Under the pieces are notes generated by a model. It made no database searches, had not been told where the DNA came from, and saw only the letters and a program-made list of their open reading frames with translations. Below, piece after piece: positions 48,761 through 60,693 of a DNA stretch of 64,000 nt. Every line of letters starts with the position of its first letter. Within the stretch, counting starts at the first letter, position 1. Made by a program: the position numbers and the translations under genes. Source of the stretch: Mayamaea pseudoterrestris (lineage: Eukaryota); the NCBI GenBank assembly GCA_027923505.1, contig BROI01000021.1, positions 372,001 to 436,000 of the forward strand. Direction: 5' to 3'.

Positions 48761-48904
48761 GGTTAAAGCTTCTCGACCATAGCATTAATCGTACCGGTAC
48801 TCGGGTTTCGGCGCCACGGTTGGGATCCATGGCGATGATCCCTTGCAAAGTATTTTTTTTCAGGAACGAACGGAAGAAGCAGCATTGCCATATTCGCCAA
48901 AGTA

Positions 48905-51900
48905 ATGGACGTCGACGGTAGCGAGTGCAGCAACGCTGAATGCCAGCATCGTGATAAGCGTATCATGAAACGATATAAATGCCAGAAGTGCCGGCGTCCC
49001 GCGCACCCCTTCGCGCTAGATCCAGCTTGCTCGATCAAAGCTCCGGACATGGAAGACGGCGAGCTGGAGTGCTTGGAAGGTCACGGATGCAAAACATCAT
49101 CACCAATGACTAAAATGACCTCATTGCTCTTGGCGGCAACTGAACAGTATCAGGACGATGGTAAGTGACTCATGCTTCATGTCGTGTCGGACGTTTTCGC
49201 TGATCGGTGCGACTGATATTCACCACCGCGCACCTAAATTATTAAATGGTCTCTACTCCGCCGTGATTTTAATAATGGAACTGATGGCGGGCAAGAGGAT
49301 GCCATATCGAATCCTGATTATGCTGCACGCTTTTAGATTACATTCGTTGACGGTTCGGCAAGGTTCTGTGTTAATTCTTCCCATTTCTCCTCACGCTCAC
49401 TTTTCTTCATTTCCCGCTGCAGATGGGGTAGCAGCGAACGCAACGGTCGCCGCTCTCGGAAGCTGGAAGTCCAGCAACTATGGTGACTATTGCAGCTCTC
49501 TCGCTCGCCTCGTCGTTTCAAATCGAACGTCTACCAGTCCTAAGGCGGCAACGTATTTGGCTGCCGCTGTACATGAACTCTGGGCGAAAGTGGATCCGTT
49601 GACTCGCAAGAATATCAAGACGTTGCTGATGCAAGCGCTGGAAATGGCTCAAAATGACGATGATGATGCTGCGGTATAATATCATGCTGTCTGCGTTGCG
49701 ACTGCTGCAGTCGCCGCATTTGAGCTGACGCTTGACGAATGGCCTGCTCTGGTTGCTCTTTTTAAAGCCATCTCATCGACGACGACCACTCTTAAAACTT
49801 CCAGGATCATGCTGCTGAAATGCCTGCAATTTTCTTTGGAGTTTATTGCCCAGTTTGGTTATCAAAGGCAGCTACCAACCTCGATTGAAATTAGCATGTT
49901 CACAACCATTGTGCATGGCTGCCACGCTCCTAACTCGAATCGCATGCGCTATGTTGCTTTCAACGCTCTTTACAGTGCGCTGGAGTTCTACCAGAAGAGT
50001 ATGGAAGACAAGGAGACACGCGGTGCTATCCTTAAGGCAATTAAGTTAGCCATCGCCTCACCGGACATACAATTGGTCTCAAAGGCGTTAGATTGTTTGG
50101 CCAACGCAGCCAAGTATCACTTCAAGTTACTTCGCAAGCACGAAAGCGATATGCTTTCTTGGATGTGCGTAATTTTGTGCAGTTCCGCCTGGCCGAGTTT
50201 GTGCAAGACCCGGGCCATTCAAGTCTGGAACAACGCTGTTACGAATGGAAAGGACACCAATTTGCTGCCAGACCAATTTGCGATGAAAGCCTATACGTTG
50301 GTGATTTTGGAGCTGCTGCAGCCGCACGCGGACGATGTTGACGACGTAGAGGAGAATGAATTAAGTGCTAGTGCAGCACACGGATTGAAAGTGCTTAGCC
50401 GGGTCCTTCAAGACGATATTGTTCCTCTCGTCGTTCATGCTCTCGAAGAGAATTTAAAAATGGAAAACTGGCGGCTGCGAGGGGCTGCTATCACGGCCTT
50501 TAGTTGTATCTTGGAGAGCGTAACGACGAAGGTTATAAGCCTCCATATCCAGCGCACTCTTCCAACGTTCCTCGCCACCCTGGCAGATCCTCACACGACT
50601 CTCATACACTCGACCATGAGCGCTGTATCGAACGTTTGCCGATACCATATTGCCGCACTCCAGGAGGCTCAAGTCCATTCGATCCTTCGATTTCTGATCA
50701 ATGAACTTAAAGTGCGGCGTGGGAACACTGCTATCATTGCTGCATCAGCCATTGCCAGCATAGCTATCAACTGTCGCATCGATGCAGATGATGATACCAG
50801 TTTGTTGTCGGTAGACATGGATCCTTTGATTACGCAGCTGATGTTAGCGACGGAGCAAGGGGGGAGCGACAATCTTCGTACTGAAGCGGCGGTGGCGATT
50901 GCCAATTTGATTACGTCGGGCGCGAAGGATACCATTGTCATCTTGAAGGAGCTATTGCAATGTATTCATATTCGCGTCGAAATTTTATTGACTCCGTCAA
51001 GCTATAAAATATTGATGCCGCATTATTGTGTTTTCGTGAATGCTATCTTCAAGCGCTTGCCAGCAGCAGATGGAAGTGCCGAAGCGAAAGTGATTATTGA
51101 TATGTTGCGCATGATCATTATAAGTGTCAATTTTGAGGAAGATTGCGTTATGAATGCATATCAGCTCATATCTGCCGTCGCTGCTGGCTTGGGAAACGAC
51201 TTCATGGTGAGTCGTAAAAATCGGATTTAATACAATGATTCGTAAACTTGTTCTCACCTTGACGGTTCGCCTTTCTTAATCGATTAGGGACATATTCATG
51301 ATATCGTCCCGACTATTCTTTGCAGCCTGGCCGAAAAACGAGTCTGCGCTGCCGCGGTAGAACTCTTGTTCGAAATAAACACTGCCAGTGGTCCTTTTCC
51401 TAGTCCAGTATATGAAGACATTGTGGACGCTCTCATGCGTATGCTCTCGCTATTTCCTGTCGCTCTGGACATTGAGCCGAAGCTTATCGGTTGCATTGGT
51501 GATTTCACCCGCATGATGCCTGGAGTTTCTGGCGACTCTGCGGTAGCTTCACGGGAGTGCTTGACCCAAGTCGGCGTCAATAATGGCAACCTTGTGAACG
51601 ACCTTCGAATCGCTGTTCTCTCAGCCTATAAAGACATTTTTTCCAAAATCAAAAAGGAACGCAAGCTCTCCTTTTTTCCGGAGTATGTTTCTCATTGCGC
51701 TTGCTTCCTCCAGTCCCTGCAGACATCGCACTCAGGCAAGGACAATCGTGTCTTGGCCAAGGCCGTTGACTTGATTAGCGACGTTTATGATAATGTGGCT
51801 GAGGAAGATGTACTGCAATCGCCCGCCAGTTTCGATGAGTTTGTCGACACATTCATAGACGAAGCCAAGGACGCAACGGACGACGAAACTCGGCTAAGCG

Positions 51901-51971
51901 CGCATCGGCTCAGTGGCATCCTGCAAGCCATGACCAAGAAGGAATTTGTTCCGTACCAATCTGAGTACTAA
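48905..51971 (+). pseudogene. Diverged importin-beta (KPNB1-like) HEAT-repeat gene with an in-frame TAA at 49677-49679
   Basis: Introns 49161-49422 and 51207-51287. Motifs AAFELTLDEWPAL, RMRYVAFNALYSALEF, DDIVPLV...ENWRLRGAAITAFSCILE, TLPTFLATLADP, PKLIGCIGD. ORFs 49158-49679 and 49809-51230 share a frame and are separated by one stop only. Confidence 0.6.
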
Positions 51972-52602
51972 CAAACCTGATCTTTCTGAGAGTGTGTGTT
52001 CCGAGGCGCACAAACTGTAAATGGTTAGTGTTCCCGCGTCGGCTCTTTTGCGTTGACGGATCTGCAGGCTCGTGCACTGGAGGCTTTGACGATGAGTGTT
52101 GCTGATGTTTCATACCTGTACTCATTCTTTAGTAAGCCTTGCTTTGTATATTGTATCCAGTTTGCATCAAACGAAAAGGTCGAACAGCATTATTTGTGGT
52201 AGGATACATCCGAACATGCTTCACGACATTAATTGGCATATTGCCGCTGCGACTTCATGACGTTTCGTTTTGGGCGCATGCAATGACCCCAACAATGACC
52301 GTGTTAGCTATGTAAAACGCATTGCCTCACTTTAGTATGCTCACAAATTGCCGTTAATTACCACTCAATTGGTGCAATATCTAGCCTCTCCTTGGTCCAT
52401 ATAGACAAGAATTGTTAGCATCAACCATCAAACCGTTGCTTTGAGGGCCAGTGGCAACATTACTGTCTTTTGTTTGGCAGTGTTTGTGCGCGCGAAGCGC
52501 GCAAAGTCTTTGCAGGCTTTGTGAAACCATTGATCCTACCACCTCCCCGCCCCGCGAATGTGTTAATGCAACCGACCGTAACCACCATAACATCATCATG
52601 TG

Positions 52603-52626
52603 GTACAGTACAGTACAGTACAGTAC
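52603..52626. repeat. (GTACA)n microsatellite, about 5 copies
   Basis: GTACAGTACAGTACAGTACAGTAC in intergenic DNA. Confidence 0.8.
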
Positions 52627-52831
52627 TCGTAGTAGTGGTGTCGATGTGTACCACGCAGTCAGGTCAGACTCTCTGTGCAATGCTATTTCGGCGCGGCGAG
52701 GCGCCGGGCCACCTCATCGTTCTGCGACGACGGCATATACTGGTAGATGCAATACATCATGTGCACAGTGTGCATGCTCTTCCCTCTACTATATCTGCTT
52801 GTTGCTTGGCGTTCCCAACGTCTGTCGAGCC

Positions 52832-53364
52832 ATGAATCTCGCCCATAAAGTTTTTGCACTGTGTTTAATGGCGCAGGTACCAATCGAAACGACGTCGTTC
52901 GTCGTCCCTTGCGCCAAAATGTCCTCTGCTTCCGTGCAACTGTCCATGTCTAATGACGTGTCGAAACAGGGAGGTTTGTTTCAAGCGTTTGAAAACTTTT
53001 GGGAGGAGTTGGACGCTTTTATGGATGACGCATCGTAAGTTAAGAAGAAATGTCATGGCCAATTTGAGCTCCATATTCGATCATATCGCGCGGAAGAACA
53101 TTTGTCGCTCAACTCACTCTGTTTGGTTTTTACAGCGCACGCCGCCTTGGAAATGGAGCAGCTTTTTACGGAAAGAGAAAGTCTAACTTTTATGGCGAAA
53201 AAGACAAGAACAAGAAAAGTAACAAGGATGTCTTTGATGCCAGTGAAGACTACCAAGGGCCGTCGTCGTCTGGCTATTTCTCATGGATGCCAGACGAGAC
53301 TGGACAGTGGCGGCCAGTCAGTCGTATGAAGAATCAAGTGCTCGACAAGCGATCTAAGAATTGA
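52832..53364 (+). CDS. Small putative plastid-targeted protein of unknown function (2 exons)
   Basis: MNLAHKVFALCLMAQVPIETTSFVVP (signal + TSF), FWEELDAFMDDAS, intron 53035-53135, ARRLGNGAAFYGKRKSNFYG...YFSWMPDETG; stop TGA at 53362-53364. Confidence 0.7.
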
Positions 53365-53750
53365 AAATGTTGGAGGAACATAGTAGAGAATTTAATGACC
53401 GATATGCCCTGCCTGCCTTAGTCGTTTTAAGTCAGTGTGGAGGTGGATGGATGGATGTGGAATCTAAATCCCACCAAGGTGCTGGAGATATGACTACGTA
53501 GAGTGGCAACTATAATAATTTATAAAATACTATTGGTAACTATCGCATACTCGTTGCGCGAAACTACATGTAAAAGATGTGCGTCATCGTAATGATTTTA
53601 CGTCAGTTGCATGTTGCATGGCTGCACTTGCTGTTGCAAGGAGTTAGCCAAGACTTCTGTCGCGTTTACTGCACAGTATTCTGTCATATTTCCAATTATA
53701 AAACATAATGGTCGTTCGCCGCTGAGCGTTTCTAAGCTTCAAAACAAGCA

Positions 53751-54197
53751 TCAAGAACTCATGCGTGCAAGTTGTTCCAAAATTTCCTGAGCGCTGGTCA
53801 CATGGTCCGTCAGTCTTATAACCTCGATTTCTCGTAGCTTCAACTTTGTAGTCAATAGTTCGATGCGACGTTTCGCGAAACGCGTCGCCTCATCGCAAGT
53901 GAGTTCAACATGAAAGCCATAGCCAACATTCACAAAAATTGTAGCCGCATCGACGACTTGAGCCTCACAGCGCACCCGTTCATGCCCGAGATCTGCTTCT
54001 AATGTAAGCAGAGGACAATTTAAGTTGTTTTCCCATAAGAGCATATCCTTCTGCAACGTAACAAACTCGTCCATTTCGTGTTGCGTATCATTTCTTGCTC
54101 GCAAAGCTACGGCCAGATTGGGCTTGAGCGTATCCTTTAAGAAATGAGTATAGTCTTCCATCTTTTGCTTCGTATCGTCCGGATTGTTGGTTAACAT
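53751..54197 (-). CDS. UXT: Prefoldin alpha-like subunit UXT
   Basis: YTHFLKDTLKPNL, ADLGHERVRCEAQV, IFVNVGYGFHVELTCDEATRFAKRRI. Confidence 0.8.
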   Translation of the reverse strand: MLTNNPDDTKQKMEDYTHFLKDTLKPNLAVALRARNDTQHEMDEFVTLQKDMLLWENNLNCPLLTLEADLGHERVRCEAQVVDAATIFVNVGYGFHVELTCDEATRFAKRRIELLTTKLKLREIEVIRLTDHVTSAQEILEQLARMSS

Positions 54198-54471
54198 GCC
54201 TCGACTGTCAGATAATTAATCAAAGAAACGCTGTTGCAGGTGGCTCGAACGTCAACTCGCCATGGTCGGTCAGTGATAAGTAAGTGGTGGAACGAGAATT
54301 CGCGAATTCATTCACAGTCAAGCGGGAATCGAAACATATGAGTCGCACCGGTTATCAATTCCTCGAAACCACTCGCGATGACCCGACAAACTAATAAAGT
54401 GCTCGACAAGCTGCTGTGATATAGTTTCTGCGCTACAACATTACATTTCGTCTCAAAAAACTTTAACAAAG

Positions 54472-56370
54472 ATGAATGAAGACGATTTGAATCGCCTGAA
54501 AGCGACCAAGGGGCCGAAACGCAGTCGACGCAGAGAATCGTCCGACGACGATCATTCGACATCATCTTCGCGTGACCATCGCAAGAAAAAGTCTCACAAG
54601 CGCTCCAAAAGCAAGACTATTCGTGCTCAGAAGAAGAAGGACAAGAAGAAGCATCATCGAAAACATTTTGAATCATTCTCATCCGACTCGTCGTCACTGT
54701 CGGATACTGAAAGCAGCAGCGAAGATGGACGCAACAACGGCAAAAAGGATACTGTCGTCAACGAACGACTGCTGGCTAAATTAAAGTCGCGCGGCGAGAC
54801 AATGGAGGAACGTCGGGAACGCAGAGCACAAAAGCGAGCCGCACACATTGCTTCCGCATTTGGCTACACGGCTGATAACAATCCATTCAATGACCCAAAC
54901 CTCCACGAAGCATTTACATGGAAAAAGAAGAAGGAAAAGGTTGGAGACGAGGACGGAAAAGCCATTAAAATTGATGATACTTTATCCGAGATCGAAAAGG
55001 TCAGACAACGTCGCAAAGATCGGGACGAGCAAATTGTAGAAATGGAACGGATTCGAGCGGAGGAAAGTAGAATGCGAGAGCTTGAAAATGCCGACGAATG
55101 GGAGCGCAAGGAGGAGGAATTCCATTTGCAGCAGCAGCGGCAGCGGTCCGCCATTAGGCTGGTAGAAGGCAGAGAACGACCGATTGACGTTTTGGCAAAA
55201 AATATGCTGGTCTTTGGCTTGTCGGACGAGGAAAAGAAGAACCGGGCGGCTGTTAAGTACAAGGAAAAGTACAACGCTATGGAAGCTGTCGAATCGCTAG
55301 AAGCCGAGATGGAACCTCCGTATTCGTTGCTCCAAAAGTTGAAACTGGAAGAGTTACACTCCCTTTTGGTAGACGTGGAAGCTTTTCAAGTGCTGGAGGC
55401 GACGACATCCGTTCCATCGGCAGTTGTGAATAAGCACTCAGATACGAATACAGTATTAGAATATTGGAAAGCTCTAAACGTTGTGGCGCAGGACGAGATC
55501 AACTTTCTCAAATCTGGTGGGGCTAAGGGTTCCCATGCGTCGATGGTCAGCGACGTGCAGAAGATATTTGCCGGCCAATCCGCTGCCGATCTCACCAAGA
55601 TGCAAAGTGAAGTAGTAGAGCGGATCAAGTCCCACGCTGCAGATGCTGAATTCGATCTGCGTTATTGGAAGTTTGTTCTTGAGCAACTTGTCGTGCATTT
55701 GGCAAAGTCGGAACTTGCCGACATGCATAATAAGATGCTGGCCCGTCAGTTGGAGCACCTAGAGATGAAACGCGCGAAGCTGGCGGCAAACCTCGCAAGC
55801 GAAGAAGACGCTGAAGGCCCACAAAATATAGACATAGACGAGCAAGCTGATGGCTTGGGCGAGATGGATGAGGAGTTTGGCTCGACGGAAGAGTTGCAGC
55901 TTGTAACGAAGAAGTACTCATGGCAGGACAAGTACCGCCCGCGCAAACCTAGGGTACGTTTAAATGACTTCTCAAACTTGATGTTTTCTAACTCATGCCA
56001 AACTAACCTACTCGTTCATCGTTTTTAGTATTTTAATAGGGTACGCAGTGGATGGGACTGGAATAAGTACAACCAGGTCCATTTTGACAAGGACAACCCT
56101 CCACCAAAGGTCGTGCAAGGGTATAAATTCAACTTGTTCTATCCTGACCTTATAGACCCCTCAAAAACCCCGACCTTCTTCCTCGAACGTGCGGATTCTG
56201 ATGATTTCTGCATTATCCGATTTCATGCAGGTCCGCCGTACGAGGACGTCGCATTTAAGATCATCAACCGCGAGTGGAACCGGTCTCGTAAACGAGGTTA
56301 TAAATGCTCATTCGAACGCGGCGTGTTGTCTCTTTATTTCAACTTTAAGAGCCATTGGTATCGTCGATAA
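54472..56370 (+). CDS. CACTIN: Cactin (spliceosome C-complex protein)
   Basis: FGYTADNNPFNDPNL, WERKEEEFHLQQ...SAIRLVEGRERPID, YSWQDKYRPRKPR|YFNRV across an intron near 55954-56028, GYKFNLFYPDLID, RFHAGPPYEDVAFKIINREW. Confidence 0.95.
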
Positions 56371-56388
56371 CTCGATTTGTTGCAGAAA

Positions 56389-58655
56389 TTAGCTGTCGGA
56401 AGAAGCTGAGGAAAGCTTATTTGCAATCTTGTTGACGACTTTCTGGGAAGGAATCCATGCACACGTCCTGACAGATGAGCGAGACTGAATGTGAGTGCGA
56501 ACCACCGACCATTGCATAGCAACTGATTGAACTTACTGTAGCCACTGTTTATGAAAGGTTTCCCAAGTTTCGCCTGGCGTCTGTAGTTGGATGTCATCAA
56601 CATTTGGGGGATTGTTGATGGTAGCATGATAATCCACGAGAGGAGATAGCCTTTCAACCGACCTCGGCACTTGCTCTATTGTCTCCATCAAAAGTTTTCG
56701 TGGAACTACACGGCCTGTAGACTTAGCTCTTTCCTCAGCTCCATGAATGACAGCATCCTTTGGCGCCGTGACTTGCAGAATAGCGAGTCGAAGGGCAGGA
56801 TATTCATTGCGCAGGCGGTCAATGTATAATTCGTACCAGCGACAGTCGCGCAAGCTACCATCAACGAGCACATTCTTTCCCTTTTGCAGCGCAGCCAGCG
56901 TTAAAATCTCAGCGACAAAACCAGCTTCCTTCCTCGTTAAATCGCCAGCCTTTTCTGGCACCATGCGGACATACACGGGAAATTCAGGCAAATATCGCCG
57001 TATTGAATCGGGGTCGACATTAACAAACGAGAGAAGCGGAAATCGATTCTTCTGTACTAGTGTCTTTAGAGTATGCGATTTACCTTAAATTTGAAATTGG
57101 GAACACGAAATTACTTGTTTGAGTCGGCATAAATCGCACCCCCAAGTCTCCCTCACAAAAACCACATTCGACGTACCTGCGCCCATGGGTCCTGCGGTAA
57201 ACACTATCCACTGCTTGTCACGTTAAACAAATGTACAGTTAAACCAATTACACATATCCAGAACTTACTGGCTCCGTCGGCGTCGTGCAAATCTCCCCAT
57301 TTCTATCGCGCAAGAGTGCTAGGTCAAGAAAGTGTTGGATAATCCGATCTTGGAGGCCTTGGCGCTCGAAGGTATAATTCGAGTGATACCTCTGCGCGGA
57401 GTAAAAGTACAACAATTTTCAGTCAAAAAGTTAGTCCTTTCTCAGTGGCTCATTACAACTTGTCAATTTCCACGTGCCTACTTACGTAATCTAAAGTTTT
57501 GCGAATATCAGCAAATGCGCCTTTAAATTCGAGCGCCTCGAGTCTATAGTTTTGCTCCGTTGACAAAAAAGCGACAAAGCTCCCTCTTTTGCTTCTACGA
57601 CCGCGATGTCGTCTACCCGTCGTCTCGCTCTTTTGTGACTCCAACTTCGGCGACTTAGGTTCATACTGCACTGAAAAGGCATATTGAAACTGGGACCAAG
57701 ACCCCGATGCAACAATGTCGTCATTGTTCTGAATTTCGAAGTACTCGTTGACCACTGGTTTGACAATGGCGATGGATCGTTCAATTGCCTCGAGCTGGTG
57801 TTGTATATTTGCTTTACACAATGAGCGTCCCGTTTCCTTAGCCAAAGACTCTGCTCTTTCCAGTATATTTTCCATGGACGAGTCGACGCGTATCATGCCT
57901 ATCTTGACGAAAATACCATGTTCCTTGCGCACATAGTCAATGAAGTCCACGTACCACTCGCCATCTAGAAGAACGCTATCAAATATAACGTTGCGGCCTT
58001 GTTGCAAGGCTGCTAGGGTGAGTGTTTCTGATATGTAACTGCATTCTTTCTTGGTCAGCTCATCCAAACGATCAGGCACCTGCTCCAAGAACCACATATA
58101 TTCTGGCAGTCTTCGTCGTATTTCGTCCATTTCGACGACTATTGGATTCATGAGAGGAAGCCGACCTTGTCCCATCAACTGGTCGACTACATACGACTTT
58201 CCAGCCCCTTGCGCACCAATCGTCAAAACAAGCCAAAAATACTTGCCGCAACTAGATGAAGCTTCATCATCATCATCGTCATCATCTTGTGAGTATCCTT
58301 CTATAATCTGTCACATTGAGCGCGAATGAGTGGGTGCCGAGGAGGTAGCGATGGTCGAAGCACTAGACCGATTGCGACGGAGGCATTGCATACGTACATC
58401 TTCGATGATTGAATCATGCAGCCACTGCCGCTCCTTTTTATAGTGGACGTGGTACTTGTAGTCTAGCTTTCTTCTATATGAACTGAAGGCTCCATAGAAC
58501 TTGGCTTCGATATTCTTGTGCATTTCCGACGTTGATTCGCACGTGAAACACGAGCTATCATAGAAAGAGGCGCTATATGGAAGGGACGGAACGCTTGTCG
58601 AACCTTGAAAAAACCTATCAACGTCACTCATAACGGGAGGGTCGTCCATGCTCAT
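56389..58655 (-). CDS. Protein with two tandem zeta-toxin-like P-loop kinase domains (multi-exon)
   Basis: Domain 1: LTIGAQGAGKS...MDEIRRRLPEY...LTLAALQQGRNVIFDSVL. Domain 2: FTAGPMGA|GKS...VDPDSIRRYLPEF...LTLAALQKGKNVLVDGSLRD. A 34-bp exon lies at 57177-57210; the last exon ends TCAWIPSQ...SDS*. Confidence 0.75.
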
Positions 58656-58874
58656 TTACTTTATCTTAATTCGTGGAGAGACGCTCCGATGGCGTTGTTG
58701 TGAGTGTAGACGACCGGTCGCCATGCCGTCCCGCGGAGTTCCAAGAACTTCTGCCGCGCCGCGACGTCGTATGAGTACCGGAGGGACATGCTCATGTGTG
58801 TTCGTCGTTCGCGGCCTTGGATCGCAATCCGCACATTCCCCATACTGTACCTATTCCCTCACATCGAAAAAATT

Positions 58875-59531
58875 ATGACAAGCGACGTAGATTCAGAGCT
58901 TTTGAAGAAGGTTGCTGCTGTGATGAAAGTCGAAGCAAAGCTATCTAGACGATTGGAGGAAGTTGAACCATGGCTGCCGTCCTTACCTCAGCAACACGAT
59001 TCAAGCTCAAGCCGTCTTCGCGTCCGACCAATTCCAACCACTATGGATGAAGTCCATCAGGTCCTCGCGGTTGCTCGCTCTCTGGCGGCACGCACGTCGG
59101 CTCCAGCTGGTTGGAATCCAAATGCTCCGGTGATTGGTTTCTCGACGCCAGCTCCACTTCCTAATCAGCTCAGAAATGGTTCCTTGGCGGCGCTGCAACT
59201 CAAGGTCGTGCAGCAGGAAAGCAAGCGTCAAAAGATTCGGGAGCAGCAGCAACAGGATGAGCATGAGTTATCGCATGCTTTGGATATTGATGAACAACAG
59301 CGTCATGAAAGTACGCCGGCTACTCCATCACAGCCGGATGCGAAACGGGGCGAGGTGAGCGTCCACAATCGAGAATTAGGTCGATCCATTTCCGAGTTAC
59401 AGCGACTTGAGCAGCAGCAAGCGAGAAGACAGCAGCAGCAACAGAGAACACTAACTGCTGCTGCTACTACGGGTCAGGTGGATATCTCTATGAATCTGAG
59501 CGACAGCAGTAGTGAGGACGACGAAGATTAA
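58875..59531 (+). CDS. Mediator subunit 4-like protein
   Basis: EVHQVLAVARSLAARTSAPAGWNP...TPAPLPNQLRNGSL resembles the MED4 C-terminal block; acidic tail SDSSSEDDED. Confidence 0.55.
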   Translation: MTSDVDSELLKKVAAVMKVEAKLSRRLEEVEPWLPSLPQQHDSSSSRLRVRPIPTTMDEVHQVLAVARSLAARTSAPAGWNPNAPVIGFSTPAPLPNQLRNGSLAALQLKVVQQESKRQKIREQQQQDEHELSHALDIDEQQRHESTPATPSQPDAKRGEVSVHNRELGRSISELQRLEQQQARRQQQQQRTLTAAATTGQVDISMNLSDSSSEDDED

Positions 59532-59565
59532 ATTAGAACATGTAAATCTGCTTAGACCATGATAG

Positions 59566-60444
59566 TTAAGATTCGGTCAATCGCAGTAGCAATTCATTAT
59601 TTTCATGCTCGTCGTCAACACTACTCAAAACCGCCACCTGCAACAATCTTGAAGCTTGATGAATCTGCTGCTGGGTCCCATCGTCCTGCCGTTGTCGTTC
59701 CAATCGCTCTCGCGCCAACGATCGTCGAAGTTCTTGTATCTGCAACAAGTACTCTTGGCCTCGTTTCTCGTCCAGATCTTGTCGATTTTTGATTGTTTCG
59801 GTGCTCAATTCGACAGCAGCCATACGCGCAGACCGTTCCTCGAATAAATATCGTTTGAATGTGCCAGCCACCTGATCCATTTGAGCGTCGAGCATGCGAC
59901 TCTGCTTCATTTCCTGTTGCTGCTCGGGCAACGGAACCACAAGATGTTGCAAACTCTGCTTAATTTGAGCAAACTGCTCCTTTTCCTTGTTTGCTGTGGA
60001 TACTTGTACATTGTCAATCATTTGCGCCTCCATGTTCGACAATCGGCTTTCCATCTTCATCCATTGTTCATGTTGTGGACGAACCGACGGCGCGCTAGTT
60101 TCCTTTTTGAAACTCAAGCGTTCCGCCATTTGCTCCAGTGGCACATGTACAGCCTCGGTCATGATTGTCTTGTATGTTTCTTGTCGTTGCATGGTGACGT
60201 GCGCTAGCTTGGCCGTGACGCGGGCCAACTCAAGGTCAAGGTCATGAATCTGCTGCAATCTCTCCTGTCGTCTAAGTATTGAATGCTCCTGAATGCGTTT
60301 GAACTGATCCGTATGTTTCGTGCGGTCAAAAGTTGTTCCGGGCGTATTGATTGTTGCGTTCCGGCGATCCTTCTGAACGAAGAGCGAAGTACTACGAAGC
60401 GGTGTTTCAACAAACTTTGAGTCGGCTAGATCAGGACTGGACAT
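59566..60444 (-). CDS. Coiled-coil protein, SF-assemblin/beta-giardin-like
   Basis: 292 aa with a short S/T/P head and long coiled coil. C-terminus IQELRRSLARERLERQRQDDGTQQQIHQASRLLQVAVL resembles the SF-assemblin tail. Confidence 0.5.
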   Translation of the reverse strand: MSSPDLADSKFVETPLRSTSLFVQKDRRNATINTPGTTFDRTKHTDQFKRIQEHSILRRQERLQQIHDLDLELARVTAKLAHVTMQRQETYKTIMTEAVHVPLEQMAERLSFKKETSAPSVRPQHEQWMKMESRLSNMEAQMIDNVQVSTANKEKEQFAQIKQSLQHLVVPLPEQQQEMKQSRMLDAQMDQVAGTFKRYLFEERSARMAAVELSTETIKNRQDLDEKRGQEYLLQIQELRRSLARERLERQRQDDGTQQQIHQASRLLQVAVLSSVDDEHENNELLLRLTES

Positions 60445-60693
60445 CTTCGGGTAATGCTACAATTGTTCAAGGTAGATTGAAGGAGAAGAGGGGGAAGATT
60501 GAGGAACCGAGAGCATTTCGCGCAACAACTACGACTATTGCACCGTCACCACCCGAAGATGCGACTGTCGCACCGTTAACCCGCTTCCCGAATGGTTTGC
60601 GAAAGGCGCTGCACATCAACGCCACACAACCTTGGGAAAGCAGGTGCTTCCGAACCCATTGTTACATGCAGACATCCAAGCTTTAGTCATATT

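Noticed and set aside
27540..48800. Whole satellite block as a transposon with terminal inverted repeats or target-site duplication
   Set aside because: There is no transposase and no terminal inverted repeats. The shared flanking TACCGGTA is offset from the array ends and occurs at other intergenic sites.
27733..48848. Dozens of 60-120 aa ORFs repeated through the satellite arrays
   Set aside because: They recur at the repeat period on both strands, often use non-ATG starts, are broken by indels and stops, and resemble no protein family. They are by-products of the repeats.
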